Assembly: GCA_948750375.1 (NCBI GenBank) | Contig: CAPZWT010000004.1 | Span: 24,598-88,597 of the forward strand | DNA length: 64,000 bases | Direction of reading: 5' to 3' | From: an uncultured Muribaculaceae bacterium | GTDB lineage: Bacteria; Bacteroidota; Bacteroidia; Bacteroidales; Muribaculaceae | Shown here: positions 18,603 through 29,458 of the stretch, in pieces | Position numbering within the stretch: the stretch's first letter is position 1 | How the letters are laid out: every line of letters starts with the position of its first letter | Notes under the pieces: model-generated | What the model saw: only the letters and a program-made list of their open reading frames with translations | What the model was told of the DNA's origin: nothing | The model's database searches: none | Translations under genes and position numbers: made by a program

Positions 18603-21600
18603 TCATTCTCCCACTTTGATAACCCTGCCAAGCAGAGGATACCATAGATAGCCGACGACAGAGCAGCGCCCGAGGCTTCGCATGAGCGATATATAGTTTT
18701 CGACCTGTGCAAAGTGCGTTGGACGGGGCTCGGAGGTAAATTTATAGTCGACCACAGTAACCGCTCCGTCGGGAGATATCACCACACGGTCGGGACGAAA
18801 AGCCTCGTCGTCATCGGACCTGTAAATCGACCGTTCGGAAAAGACCCGACAATCCGGGTCGAACCAGCTTGCCACAAGCGGGCCCGCTTCATCAAAGGCC
18901 TTACGTAGGTCTGCGAGATATTCGTCGGCCGTAGATTGGCCTACACTGCGTCGCTTGCACTCGCGTTCAACCGCACCGGCAAGGTCGTCGAGCACCCGCA
19001 CGCGCGAAAGCACAGCATGCAGCACATTGCCGCGCTCTGTGGCCGCAATAAATTCGGGTGTGAGGAGCATGGGTGGTGGGTCGGTTATTTCCTTGTCTTC
19101 CTCACCTCCGATGTCGAGATGCTGCGACAGCACATCGTCGATAGATATGAGCTGGCGTGCATCATCGCGGAATTCGACCGGATACAGGCCTGCTTCCACG
19201 ATTGTCGAGTCGCCTTTGCCGTCTTTTACGATTTTCGAGGTAGGTTCGCCTAAAACGAGAGTCGACGATTCACTGCCGAACGCCGAAGCAAGGTCGCAAA
19301 GGTTCGCGTCCGACAACTCGTCGGGCTGCATGGGCATGGTTATCGCCGACAGAAGGTCTTGCCCTACTTTCTCGCATTGCGCATGCACTATAAGTTCGCG
19401 TGCCGCACGCGTAAATGCCACATACGTTATGTTAAGACTGTCCATGCGGTCGAGAAAAGCGTTTTGCTCAAAGAGAGTCCTGAATGGCGAACGGGCATAG
19501 CTCCACAGAGGCGATTTATCGGTAACTTTTACACGTATTACCGGCGGAACAATCTCCGGGTCGAAGCCTTCGAGCCCGTCGAGCTTCAGCCAGAGCTTCT
19601 GCTCCGACGAATCGAGTTGCCACGAACAAAAGGGAATGTGTACGCAGTCGCGCTCAAGACCCTTTGATTTGTGGATAGTCATTACCTGCACGGCGTCGAG
19701 GTCCGACGACGCCTTAATGGCCCATTTGTCGATGTTGATGTTGTACTGCGAAATAAACGAGGCGAGCGACGGGTCGGCACTCTCCGAGTGCTTCACAACG
19801 AGGTCTTGCAACGCAGCGATATAAGCATACTCCTGCCGGCGCTGTTCTTCGGGAATTTTATGCAGAATCACAGCCTCGACAAGCGCAACGAGATTGGCCG
19901 GATTCTCGGCACGGATAGCACGGATATCCTTGTCAATCAGCTCCACATCGTTTTTATCTTTTTCGAGGGCGACACGGATTGCCTCCGAGGGGTCGAGACC
20001 CTGAGCCCTGAAATAATAGAAACGCGTCATCATCATATCAACTTCGCTGCGGTCGCCGGGCTTTGCCGCACCGCTCTCAGCGCTGTTTTTGCCCGAATAT
20101 GAGCTCTCCACGAGTTTGAGCATATTCATGACAGTGCGCACCGAAGCCGAACTGCTGAGCAAGAGTGACTCCGACGAAAGAATACGTATTTCGGGATAAT
20201 TCTCGAGCAGATATGAAACAATCTCATTTGTCTCTCTACGCCAGCGCGCCAGAATGAGTATATCGCGCCATGCGTAGCCGCCCTCGTCGTGCTGTCGGAG
20301 AATATCGTGGGCCATCCGGTCGATAACAGCGTTGCGGTCGGCATCATTGTCATCACCAGAACCGGCAAAACTTATGCGTACATAGCCCGGCAAATCGTTT
20401 TTCTCCACGGCCTGCACCACATTGCCGTAGCCGGTTGCACCTGCAATCACAGCCATACGCTTGAAGATGGTGTTATTTGCCCGCACAATTGTGCCCGAAC
20501 TGCGGTGGTTGGTGTTGTCGTCGGTATTGAAGCCTCGGAGATTGCAGTACTGCGACAACTCTTCCTGCACTATATGCCCCAAAAGCTCGCTGTCTGAATT
20601 TCGGAAGCGATATATGGCCTGTTTTTCGTCGCCGATGATGAGGTTGTCGAAACCATACGAGAGGCTGTTTTTGACAAGAGGCTTGAGGTTGTGCCACTGC
20701 ACACCCGATGTATCCTGAAATTCGTCGATAAGTAGATTGGTCAGCTTCGAGCCCAGGCGCTCGTAGATAAACGGCACTTCGTCGTTGCTTATGATGCGCT
20801 TGAGCAGCTGGCCGGTGTCGCTGATAAGCACCGTATTGGTACTCCGCAGATACTCGCGCATCTTACGTTGCCAGAGGCCAAAGAATTCGAGCTGCCCGAG
20901 ACTCTTTTTTATTGCTTTATAGAAATCGGCCTCGCCTAAAGACGCCACTGTAAGAGAGCAAATACGCGAGAGCTCGTTGAGGTATGGCTCGACGACTCCC
21001 GACGGTAGTTTAGACTTTTTGAAATTTCCGGCAACAAGAAGTTCATCAGGCGTTTTTTCACCAGACGCCTGTGCCCGCACCGGCACACTTTTCGCTGCTT
21101 TTTCGGGCTCGTCGTTGTTTACGAGCCTCCTCAAGGCATTGATTACATTGGCGTTGAAAACATTCTCGGGAATTTCGGCACCGGCTATGTCGCGAAGAAA
21201 CAATACAAAAGCTTCTGTCGGTGCTACTGTCAACGCAGCGGCTTTCTCATCGAGCACGGCAGAGAAGCGGCTAAGCCGGGCTGGGTCGCTGAGATACTCT
21301 GCGAGCAAGCTGTCGAATTTGCCGAAAGTCTCGTCGAGCGAATCCGAAATATTCTTCGCAAGTGAAGCCAGCAGATATCCGTCGCGCGCAAAAAGATTAT
21401 AACTGTTGCCCGACGAAAGATTCTCTATGGTATATTTCTGCACCCAGTCGAGCAGACGGCGGCTTTGCCGGGGGGAATAGTTGAGGTCGTCGAGCAATAA
21501 GGAAATAGTCTGAACAACAGTGTTGTGCACATCGAGCGACAGTTCATAGTCGCCCTGGCGTTCCACCTCTCGCGAGAACGTGCGCAGCACCGTCTGGAAA

Positions 21601-21995
21601 AACGAGTCGATGGTCTGCACATTGAATTCTCCGTAGTCGAAGAGTAGCTCCGTCAATGCCCGAGAGGCAGCCTCGCATATTTCATCGGCTGTGCATCCGA
21701 AGTCGCGGACAAGCCATGCTCCATACAGCGATGTCGCGGGGTTGGCATCGGCGGTGAGGCGCGAGAGTTCCCTTATGATACGCGACTTCATTTCTTCTGT
21801 AGCCGCATTTGTAAACGTTATGGCAAGAATACCGCGGTGTCGGTTAGGAATGCGTCGCCGGGTAGAATTATATCGGGCCGAATTGAGATGATATGCTCCG
21901 GCGTCGTCCTTCAGACCAAGAAGAATCTTGATATATTCGTAGGCGAGGGTAAAAGTTTTGCCCGAGCCGGCAGAGGCTTTATATACAGTAAGCAT
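18603..21995 (-). CDS. UvrD-like SF1 helicase with C-terminal PD-(D/E)XK nuclease (AddA/RecB-like)
   Basis: ASAGSGKT, AITFTN, TIDSF, IDEFQDT, GDEKQAIYRFR, MTIHKSKGLE and YVAFTRA; C-terminal RPDRV...VDYKF. Confidence 0.92.
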   Translation of the reverse strand: MLTVYKASAGSGKTFTLAYEYIKILLGLKDDAGAYHLNSARYNSTRRRIPNRHRGILAITFTNAATEEMKSRIIRELSRLTADANPATSLYGAWLVRDFGCTADEICEAASRALTELLFDYGEFNVQTIDSFFQTVLRTFSREVERQGDYELSLDVHNTVVQTISLLLDDLNYSPRQSRRLLDWVQKYTIENLSSGNSYNLFARDGYLLASLAKNISDSLDETFGKFDSLLAEYLSDPARLSRFSAVLDEKAAALTVAPTEAFVLFLRDIAGAEIPENVFNANVINALRRLVNNDEPEKAAKSVPVRAQASGEKTPDELLVAGNFKKSKLPSGVVEPYLNELSRICSLTVASLGEADFYKAIKKSLGQLEFFGLWQRKMREYLRSTNTVLISDTGQLLKRIISNDEVPFIYERLGSKLTNLLIDEFQDTSGVQWHNLKPLVKNSLSYGFDNLIIGDEKQAIYRFRNSDSELLGHIVQEELSQYCNLRGFNTDDNTNHRSSGTIVRANNTIFKRMAVIAGATGYGNVVQAVEKNDLPGYVRISFAGSGDDNDADRNAVIDRMAHDILRQHDEGGYAWRDILILARWRRETNEIVSYLLENYPEIRILSSESLLLSSSASVRTVMNMLKLVESSYSGKNSAESGAAKPGDRSEVDMMMTRFYYFRAQGLDPSEAIRVALEKDKNDVELIDKDIRAIRAENPANLVALVEAVILHKIPEEQRRQEYAYIAALQDLVVKHSESADPSLASFISQYNINIDKWAIKASSDLDAVQVMTIHKSKGLERDCVHIPFCSWQLDSSEQKLWLKLDGLEGFDPEIVPPVIRVKVTDKSPLWSYARSPFRTLFEQNAFLDRMDSLNITYVAFTRAARELIVHAQCEKVGQDLLSAITMPMQPDELSDANLCDLASAFGSESSTLVLGEPTSKIVKDGKGDSTIVEAGLYPVEFRDDARQLISIDDVLSQHLDIGGEEDKEITDPPPMLLTPEFIAATERGNVLHAVLSRVRVLDDLAGAVERECKRRSVGQSTADEYLADLRKAFDEAGPLVASWFDPDCRVFSERSIYRSDDDEAFRPDRVVISPDGAVTVVDYKFTSEPRPTHFAQVENYISLMRSLGRCSVVGYLWYPLLGRVIKVGE

Positions 21996-23389
21996 CAGAA
22001 AGCGTTTTTCTCACCGCCGAAAGCGTTGATTACCGTACGGACAATAATTTTCAGGTCTAGGAGCAGAGTCCAGTTTTCGATATACCATACATCATGTTCC
22101 ACGCGACGCTCCATTTTCCATAGCTCGTCGGTAATACCACGATAGCCGTTTACCTGGGCCCAGCCGGTGATGCCGGGCTTCACGGCATGACGCACCATGT
22201 AGCTGTCGACAAGACTGGTATAAAGCTCTGTGTGCATGAGCATGTGCGGGCGTGGGCCCACCACCGACATATCTCCTCGCAGCACATTGATAAACTGCGG
22301 CAACTCGTCGATTGAGGTGCGTCGCAGAAAATCGCCGATACATGTTTTTCGCGGGTCGTTGTGGGTTGCCTGAAGCTTGTCGGCATCGGCATTTACACGC
22401 ATTGTGCGGAATTTCAGACAATTAAATGTTTTGCCAAGATAGCCCGTGCGCTCCTGCTTGAAATATACAGGTCCGGGCGAAGTAATCTTGATGGCGATGG
22501 CCACCGGTATGTATACCAGCGGATAGAATAACAGGAAGAGCGATGAAATGACAATGTCGAAGCCTCGCTTGAGAGCACGGTTGAAAACACTTTGCAGAGG
22601 ATTACGACGTATCGAAAGCATCGGCAAAGGCCCGATGTTGTGAAACTCCATGCTTCGTGTGAGGGTGCGCGGCAGCTGCGGCACATAATAGAAATCCGAT
22701 ATGTGGTCGTCGCAGATTTTCACCACCTGCGCCAGCGATTCGCTATGCCCCGAGAGTGTGAAAAACACCTGCCGGATATCGTTTTCCGACATGTATTTGT
22801 TGAGCTCGGATATAGGTCTGACTTCCCCCAGGTCGAAGCCCGGTTCGGGAGTGTCGTGGAAAAAGCACATGACGCAATAGCCGAAACCGGCATCGGTGCT
22901 CATGGCCTCATAAAGGCGGCGAGCGGTGCGTCCGGTGCCCACAATCACCACACGAGTAAAGTTGAATCCCCTGCGGCGGTAGGCCTTGAGTGCATAAGAG
23001 CCCCCTGTGCGAAAAGCCGTCAGGGCAATGGCAAGCAGGCCATAGTAAGTGAAGAATGCCCTCGCCGGAAACACTGTTATGCGCAGAAACGCTTCCATTG
23101 AGAGCAAAAATACGGCATGGGCGGCAACTGTGAGCAAGGCATTGCGCATAACACGCTCCATGCGTATGGCCCGTAACTCATGCCGACTCCAGCGAGTGAA
23201 CATGATTACAGGAAAGTAGCCCACATTAATCACCAGCCACAATTCACGCAGCTGGCCGGACACTGTCTTTACAACCGGAAACAGAGATATGACAATCCAA
23301 AAGAGTACATTGATTACCACGAGGTCGCCAATGTTGAAAAGCAGATTGATATATTGACCGAAACCGGAGCGCTGAGACGTGCTGCTCAT
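21995..23389 (-). CDS. Undecaprenyl-phosphate sugar-phosphate transferase (WcaJ/WbaP-like priming glycosyltransferase)
   Basis: N-terminal TM helices and a Rossmann-like VVIVGTG; C-terminal KRGFDI, KFRTM, DELPQF, VVGPRP and KPGITGWAQV. Confidence 0.92.
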   Translation of the reverse strand: MSSTSQRSGFGQYINLLFNIGDLVVINVLFWIVISLFPVVKTVSGQLRELWLVINVGYFPVIMFTRWSRHELRAIRMERVMRNALLTVAAHAVFLLSMEAFLRITVFPARAFFTYYGLLAIALTAFRTGGSYALKAYRRRGFNFTRVVIVGTGRTARRLYEAMSTDAGFGYCVMCFFHDTPEPGFDLGEVRPISELNKYMSENDIRQVFFTLSGHSESLAQVVKICDDHISDFYYVPQLPRTLTRSMEFHNIGPLPMLSIRRNPLQSVFNRALKRGFDIVISSLFLLFYPLVYIPVAIAIKITSPGPVYFKQERTGYLGKTFNCLKFRTMRVNADADKLQATHNDPRKTCIGDFLRRTSIDELPQFINVLRGDMSVVGPRPHMLMHTELYTSLVDSYMVRHAVKPGITGWAQVNGYRGITDELWKMERRVEHDVWYIENWTLLLDLKIIVRTVINAFGGEKNAF

Positions 23390-23408
23390 TTACTACAGAA
23401 TACAGAGA

Positions 23409-23456
23409 TAAAACCGCGTCGCGACTTGTTGTGAAGTCTTACGACGCGGTTTTTTA
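23409..23456 (-). terminator. Stem-loop after the DUF349 gene
   Basis: AAAACCGCGTCG / CGACGCGGTTTT inverted repeat flanked by A/T runs. Confidence 0.7.
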
Positions 23457-23464
23457 TTAGATAA

Positions 23465-25339
23465 TTAAGCTTGGATATTTCCGTCGAGAAGCGCGATTTT
23501 CTCTTCAAGCTCCGCGATATCGGCTTTAAGACGGCCGATACGACGCTCGAGGTCGAGCATGAGGGAGTTGCCCGATTTAGACTTCGAGTTGAGGAAGCCG
23601 AGATTGTTTTCGTAAGTGCGCAAATCGTTACGACGTGCTTCAAGAGCACGCACCAGACGCTCGCGCTCGCGGAAGAGCTTGTTGTCGTCGCCCTTCATGT
23701 CGTTTACCGACGCCTCGAAGCGCTGACGGCGGGCGCGCGATTCGGCAATTGCAAAATGGTCGCGGACAGCATCGACGGCGGCACGGTAAGCTTCGTAGAG
23801 CTTGTCTTTTTCGCGGAAGGGTACATGTCCTATTTCCTTCCAGCAATCCTGGAGCTTGCGGAGTTCTGCGATGGCAGCGTCTTTGTCGGCGGCCTCGTCG
23901 GTCAGGGCCGAAAGACGGCCTATGATTTCACGCTTTGCACGCAGATTGGCCACTTCGGCATTGCGTGTGCCCGAACCTTCTTTTTTTTTGCGTTCGAAGA
24001 AAGCGTCGCAAGCTGTTGTGAAGCGCTTCCAAAGCTCATCGGAATATTTTTTAGGAATTGCTCCGATGCTCTTCCACTCTTTCTGCATGGCAACGAACTC
24101 ATCTGTGGCCTTGCGCCAGTCGGAGCTCTCCTGCAGGGCTTCAGCACGGGCCACAAGTTCCTGCTTGTGAGTGAGGTTTGTCGAGAGTTCCTCGCGTGTA
24201 GTGCGGTAGAATTCGGCCTTTGCGGCAAAGAAATTGTCGCAGCACTGACGAAAACGTGCAAAGAGCACACGGTTCATCTTCTTTGAAGCGAATCCGAGTT
24301 TGCGCCACTCTTCCTGCATGGCCTGAATCTGCTTTGTGACATCTTCCCACGCGGCAAAAGTCTTGAGAGCCGAAAAATCGACAGCTTCGATTTTCTCGCA
24401 GAGAGCATTCTTGGCGGTTTCGTTTTCGGCTTCGCGAGCCTTGCGCGCCTCGAAGAAAGCTTGATATCGTTTGTTTATTTCGGCAGAAGCCTCGCGGAAA
24501 GAATTCCATATTTCGTCGCGAAGCTCTTTAGCCACAGGGCCAATCTGGCGCCATTTGTTGTGGAGGTCTTGCAGACGTCGATATGCACTTATCACATCTT
24601 CTTCGGCAGCAAGAACGCGAGCCTCGGCAAGAAGAGCTTCCTTATCGCTAAGATTTTTTTTGAAATCATAGTCGCGGAGCTCCTTGTTGATTTTCAGATT
24701 ATCGGAGTAATACTCGCGCGCCTCCTGGAAACGCTTCCAGACAGCAGTCTCCTCAGTGGGGTCGACCTCGCCAACGGCATTGAATTCGTCCTGCAGCTCT
24801 CGATATCGTGGGAAAGTGCGGTTTACATTGTCGGTGTCTTCAGCGAGCGCGTTGATTTCTGCAATTATTGCGTTTTTGCGCTCGAGATTTGCCGCTTTGA
24901 GAGCTTCCAGCCGGGCTACATACTGAGCCTTGCGTGCTCTCAGAGCCTCAATGGCCTGCTCGAAGCGAGTTTCGGTTTCAGAGGGAGCGGCCTGAGCGTC
25001 GGCAGACTCGTCGGAAGTATCAACAGACTTATGGAGCATGCTGAAATGCTGTCTCAGACGGCGAATTTCGTCGTTGCTGATATCGGCGACATCCTTTTCC
25101 ATCAAAGCAAGGGCATCGGCCAGAAGGCTTTCAGCGGTCATTTCACGGTTAGCATCCTTGGCAACGGCTTCTTCGCCTTGCGTCATAATGGCTTCGGCTT
25201 CTACCTCTGCCTGAGGCTCGGGAGCAGCACTGTCGGCCGCAACATTCTCGATACCGGCATCCGCTGCGGCTGCGGCTGCGTCGTTGAAGTTCTCTGCCTT
25301 GGGCATTTGGGGCTCAAGGGTGGGGTCTTGCATGTCCAT
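23465..25339 (-). CDS. DUF349 domain-containing protein
   Basis: Repeated helical units (W.. IG...  LW.RF...C D.FF...NL..K..L) typical of DUF349; acidic low-complexity N-terminus. Confidence 0.85.
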   Translation of the reverse strand: MDMQDPTLEPQMPKAENFNDAAAAAADAGIENVAADSAAPEPQAEVEAEAIMTQGEEAVAKDANREMTAESLLADALALMEKDVADISNDEIRRLRQHFSMLHKSVDTSDESADAQAAPSETETRFEQAIEALRARKAQYVARLEALKAANLERKNAIIAEINALAEDTDNVNRTFPRYRELQDEFNAVGEVDPTEETAVWKRFQEAREYYSDNLKINKELRDYDFKKNLSDKEALLAEARVLAAEEDVISAYRRLQDLHNKWRQIGPVAKELRDEIWNSFREASAEINKRYQAFFEARKAREAENETAKNALCEKIEAVDFSALKTFAAWEDVTKQIQAMQEEWRKLGFASKKMNRVLFARFRQCCDNFFAAKAEFYRTTREELSTNLTHKQELVARAEALQESSDWRKATDEFVAMQKEWKSIGAIPKKYSDELWKRFTTACDAFFERKKKEGSGTRNAEVANLRAKREIIGRLSALTDEAADKDAAIAELRKLQDCWKEIGHVPFREKDKLYEAYRAAVDAVRDHFAIAESRARRQRFEASVNDMKGDDNKLFRERERLVRALEARRNDLRTYENNLGFLNSKSKSGNSLMLDLERRIGRLKADIAELEEKIALLDGNIQA

Positions 25340-25707
25340 AACTGTTTAAAAATAAGGTTAAGGCAAGAGCCATGCCATTACTTTCCAAAATACAAGAGTG
25401 TCTTACATAGGGCAGACAGGCCTGGGAATCTTTGCCGCCCCAAAAATACGCAAAAAATCTTTAATAAAATGGATTTTGCAAAAATTTTATTGCATATCGA
25501 GTAATTTGTCTTTAGCTTAGTCTGAAAATCGGGCAAAATCGAGCCCTAATTGATTTGGTATAATGAACATTCGAAATGCCGCCACAAACGCTCCGGGAGG
25601 TGCGATAGCAGGATTACGATTGTCGCGTTAACATCTTTGAGCATTATTTATAGATAAAAAGTGACCTACATGGAGCGACAAGTATATGACATTCCGTTTT
25701 TTCTTTT

Positions 25708-25715
25708 TAATTTTG
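25708..25715 (+). promoter_or_regulatory. -7 promoter element for the dipeptidase operon
   Basis: TAATTTTG, 60 nt upstream of ATG 25776. Confidence 0.5.
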
Positions 25716-25775
25716 CAGATTAGAGGCGAAGCATATTCGCCGTTCAACCAATCACAGCACAAGCAACAACCGACA

Positions 25776-27416
25776 ATGCACAGACACCTCTCAGCGATAA
25801 TCGCAGCCGCCGCAGCTCTCATGTGCGGCGAAGCCATGGCCTGCACAAGCCTAATAGCCACTCCCGGAGCAACGGCCGAGGGCAGTTCGATGGTCACATA
25901 CGCGGCCGACAGCCACACACTCTACGGTGCTTTATATAAGCAGGATGCCGCCGACCACGCTCCCGGTGCGATGCGCAACGTAGTGGAGTGGGACACCGGC
26001 AAGCTTCTGGGACAGATTCCCGAAGTGGTGCACACATATTCGACCATAGGCAATATGAACGAACACGGCCTCACTATATCCGAGAGCACATGGGGCGGAC
26101 GCGATGAGCTCGCCGGCTCGGGCCTGATTGACTATGGCTCACTGATTTACATCACTCTCCAGCGTGCAAAAACAGCCCGCGAGGCAATAAAAGTGATGAC
26201 CGACCTTGTGAACACCTACGGCTATGCATCGAGCGGCGAATCTTTCTCCATTGCCGACCCCGGCGAAGTATGGATAATGGAGCTGATTGGCAAAGGCAAG
26301 AGCGACAAAGGCGCAGTGTGGGTTGCCCGTCGTGTGCCCGACGGATACATATGCGGACACGCCAACCACTCGCGCATACACAAATTTCCGCTCAAAGACA
26401 AGGAGACACTCTACTCTCCCGACGTTATATCGTTTGCCCGCAAGCAGGGTTATTTCGATGGGAAAGACAAAGATTTCGACTTTTCGCGTGCCTATGCTGT
26501 GACCGACATCGGTGCAGTCCGCGGCTGCGACGCTCGTGTATGGAGCTTCTTCCGCAAATACACCTCGCCCGACGAGATGGACGTATACCAGCCCTGGATT
26601 CTTCTTGCCGAAGGCGAGCCTCTGCCGCTGTGGGTGAAGCCCTCGCGGAAACTCACCGCCCACGACCTCAAATGGATGATGCGCGACCACTTCGAAGGCA
26701 CCGTGCTCGACATGACACAGGATATAGGCGCCGGACCCTACGACTGCCCCTACCGCTGGCGCCCGATGACATACACCGTTGACGGCAGTGAATACACCCA
26801 CGAGCGCGCCATTGCCACTCAGCAGACAGGCTTCTCGTTTGTAAGCGACATGAACAACAATCGCCCCGAAGTGATGAAAGGCATACTGTGGTTTGGTGTC
26901 GACGATGCCAACACCTGCGTGTATGTGCCTGTGTTCAACAGCGCCACCGCAGTGCCACGTTCGCTCGACGAAGCTACAGCCGACCTTCTTACCCTGTCGT
27001 GGGACTCGATGTTCTGGGTAAACAACTACGTTGCCAATCAGGCATATAACCGCTACTCTCAGATGATTCCCGACATACGCCGCGTGCAGGACGGTCTTGA
27101 AACAGCCATGACCGGTGCAGTTGCCGATATCGCCGGCAAAGTCGCATCGATGGACAAAACCACTGCCACAGCCACTCTCAACAGCCTCACCGACTACTGG
27201 GCTGAGAAAACTACTGCCGACTACAAGCAGCTCGGCGACTATCTGCTCGTAAAATATCTCGACGGCAACATCAAGAAAGAAGCCGACGGCAAATTCAGCC
27301 GCACCGCCGACGGCATGCCCGTATCGCCCGTCTTCGGAGGCTATAACGAACGCTATTTCCGCTCGATAGTCGAAGATGCCGGAGAGCGTCTCAAAGTAGG
27401 CGATGCCAAGCAATGA
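25776..27416 (+). CDS. C69 family dipeptidase (Ntn hydrolase), secreted
   Basis: Signal peptide ending AMA-CTS (N-terminal nucleophile Cys), GNMNEHGL, ESTWGGR and GESFSIAD. Confidence 0.9.
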   Translation: MHRHLSAIIAAAAALMCGEAMACTSLIATPGATAEGSSMVTYAADSHTLYGALYKQDAADHAPGAMRNVVEWDTGKLLGQIPEVVHTYSTIGNMNEHGLTISESTWGGRDELAGSGLIDYGSLIYITLQRAKTAREAIKVMTDLVNTYGYASSGESFSIADPGEVWIMELIGKGKSDKGAVWVARRVPDGYICGHANHSRIHKFPLKDKETLYSPDVISFARKQGYFDGKDKDFDFSRAYAVTDIGAVRGCDARVWSFFRKYTSPDEMDVYQPWILLAEGEPLPLWVKPSRKLTAHDLKWMMRDHFEGTVLDMTQDIGAGPYDCPYRWRPMTYTVDGSEYTHERAIATQQTGFSFVSDMNNNRPEVMKGILWFGVDDANTCVYVPVFNSATAVPRSLDEATADLLTLSWDSMFWVNNYVANQAYNRYSQMIPDIRRVQDGLETAMTGAVADIAGKVASMDKTTATATLNSLTDYWAEKTTADYKQLGDYLLVKYLDGNIKKEADGKFSRTADGMPVSPVFGGYNERYFRSIVEDAGERLKVGDAKQ

Positions 27417-27458
27417 TTTTTTTCAACAAACAGACACACAACTCCTATTATTTATAAA

Positions 27459-28019
27459 ATGGAAATCAAACCCGGAAAATACTTTGAAATAGCATATCAG
27501 CTGTTCCGCATCAATGCCGACGGCAGCGAAACACTCGTACACGAAGTCACAGCCGACGACCCCGACCGCGCAGTGTGCGGCAAAACCCTCGGCTTTGTCG
27601 AAGCCCTCGACGAGGGCCTCCTGGGCATGAAAGCCGGCGATAAATTTGACTTCACGGCAGACCCCGACAAAGCGTTCGGCCCCTACTCCGAAGAAGAAAT
27701 CTACACAATTCCCCGCGAGCAGATGACTGTCGACGGAGAATTCAAAGAAGAGATGTTCACACCCGGAGCTCTTATTCCCCTCATGACTCCCGACGGCTAC
27801 CGCATCGACGGCGTAGTGGTAAAGCTCACCCCCGAAGCCGTGGTGCTCGACCTCAACCATCCTTTGGCCAAAGACCGCGTGCACTATAAAGGCGAAATAA
27901 TCACCGTTCGCGAAGCCACCGAAGAAGAACTCAACCCCCAGCACGGATGCTGCGGAGGTTGTGGCGGCGGTTGCGGAGAAGGAAGCAGTTGCGGCGACGG
28001 ATGCTGCGGAGGATGCTAA
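27459..28019 (+). CDS. slyD: SlyD-type FKBP PPIase with Cys/Gly-rich metal-binding tail
   Basis: AFGPY, LDLNHPLA, VREATEEE and a C-terminal HGCCGGCGGGCGEGSSCGDGCCGGC tail. Confidence 0.88.
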   Translation: MEIKPGKYFEIAYQLFRINADGSETLVHEVTADDPDRAVCGKTLGFVEALDEGLLGMKAGDKFDFTADPDKAFGPYSEEEIYTIPREQMTVDGEFKEEMFTPGALIPLMTPDGYRIDGVVVKLTPEAVVLDLNHPLAKDRVHYKGEIITVREATEEELNPQHGCCGGCGGGCGEGSSCGDGCCGGC

Positions 28020-28031
28020 GAGAGTAGACCG

Positions 28032-28706
28032 GTGCTCGCAGCCAGCCACATAAGCAAAACGTTCGGCAATCTTGAGGTTCTCAAAGATATAAATCTCGAG
28101 ATAGAGTCATCGCGCATAACTACAATTGTGGGCCCCAGCGGAGCCGGCAAGACAACACTGCTTCAGATTTTAGGAACACTTATGTCGCCCGACCGCGGCG
28201 GGAGCGTGCTCTACGACGGCACCGACGTGACATCGCTCCCCGACAATGCCTTATCGCGCTTCCGGAACCTCAACATCGGCTTTGTGTTTCAATTTCATCA
28301 GCTGCTGCCCGAGTTCAATCTGGTAGAGAACGTGGCGATGCCTGCGCTGATTGCCGGACAAAAACGCCGCGAGGCATTCGACCGCGCCCGGCAGCTGTTG
28401 GGCAGGCTCGGACTCGAAGGACGCGACGAACACCGCCCGTCGGAGCTTTCGGGCGGAGAGTGCCAGCGAGCCGCGGTTGCACGGGCTCTAATCAACAGTC
28501 CGCGCGTCATATTTGCCGACGAACCCTCGGGCAGCCTCGACAGCCACAACAGAACCGAGCTACACAAACTCTTTTTCAACCTGCGCGACACAATGGGTGC
28601 GACTTTTGTTATCGTTACCCACGACGAGACTCTCGCCGCCGACTCCGACACTATAGTCCACATGGCCGACGGCACAATCAAATCTGTAGACCGCAAAGTC
28701 AAATAA
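28032..28706 (+). CDS. lolD: ABC transporter ATP-binding protein (LolD-like)
   Basis: [33 protein letters not shown] and VTHD. GTG start. Confidence 0.8.
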   Translation: MLAASHISKTFGNLEVLKDINLEIESSRITTIVGPSGAGKTTLLQILGTLMSPDRGGSVLYDGTDVTSLPDNALSRFRNLNIGFVFQFHQLLPEFNLVENVAMPALIAGQKRREAFDRARQLLGRLGLEGRDEHRPSELSGGECQRAAVARALINSPRVIFADEPSGSLDSHNRTELHKLFFNLRDTMGATFVIVTHDETLAADSDTIVHMADGTIKSVDRKVK

Positions 28707-28734
28707 TAACCTTCAAAGAAAACAGATATCAATC

Positions 28735-29445
28735 ATGCAAACAAAAAACATTTTCCACTCCCTTCTCGCCGTAGCGGCAGCATCGCTTTTCACCGCCTGC
28801 AACAGCGATGAGCCCAATAATCCGGAAAACAACCGTCCGGTGTTCACCGACATCGTCACTGTTTCGTCAATGGGCAGCGCCTCCACCGAATTCACATTCC
28901 GAAAAATAGACGACAGCCCACTGGTGACACTCACAGTAAACCAGGCTGCCAACCCCAACAACGTAAAAGTAGGTGACCGCCTTGCAATCTCGTACCGCAG
29001 CGATGCCAACACTCAATATGTTAGCTCTGAAATTCAGGTACTCGGCATCACCGGAACAGCAGGTAACGGCAAAGCCATTCCTGTAGGCAAAGCCATCGAC
29101 AACAGCAACTGGTTCAGCAGCACAATCTCGAAACCCGTGCTTCAGCGCTCGGGCGAGTACGTGAACGTACAGTTCTTCTCGTCGATGTATCCCGAGTCGG
29201 CAACCATCAAAATGGTTATTGACGAATCGACCATCAACGACACTTTCCCAACAGCTTACATCTTGTTCAACGGCAGCTACGCACAAACACCCGTAAGCTA
29301 CGTATACTTTATGTCGTACTCGCTCACCGAGCTGTGGGCCGACCCCAACGTACAAGGCCTCAACATTATCTATCAGATCAACGAAGGCCCGAAGACCTAC
29401 ACAATCAACCGCCCCGGACACTCACAGGAAATTCCCGTAGAATAA
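28735..29445 (+). CDS. NigD-like lipoprotein
   Basis: Lipobox FTAC with an acidic post-Cys stretch; N-terminal VGDRLAISY and C-terminal GEYVNVQF segments resemble NigD domains. Confidence 0.6.
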   Translation: MQTKNIFHSLLAVAAASLFTACNSDEPNNPENNRPVFTDIVTVSSMGSASTEFTFRKIDDSPLVTLTVNQAANPNNVKVGDRLAISYRSDANTQYVSSEIQVLGITGTAGNGKAIPVGKAIDNSNWFSSTISKPVLQRSGEYVNVQFFSSMYPESATIKMVIDESTINDTFPTAYILFNGSYAQTPVSYVYFMSYSLTELWADPNVQGLNIIYQINEGPKTYTINRPGHSQEIPVE

Positions 29446-29458
29446 TAAAACTTAAATA

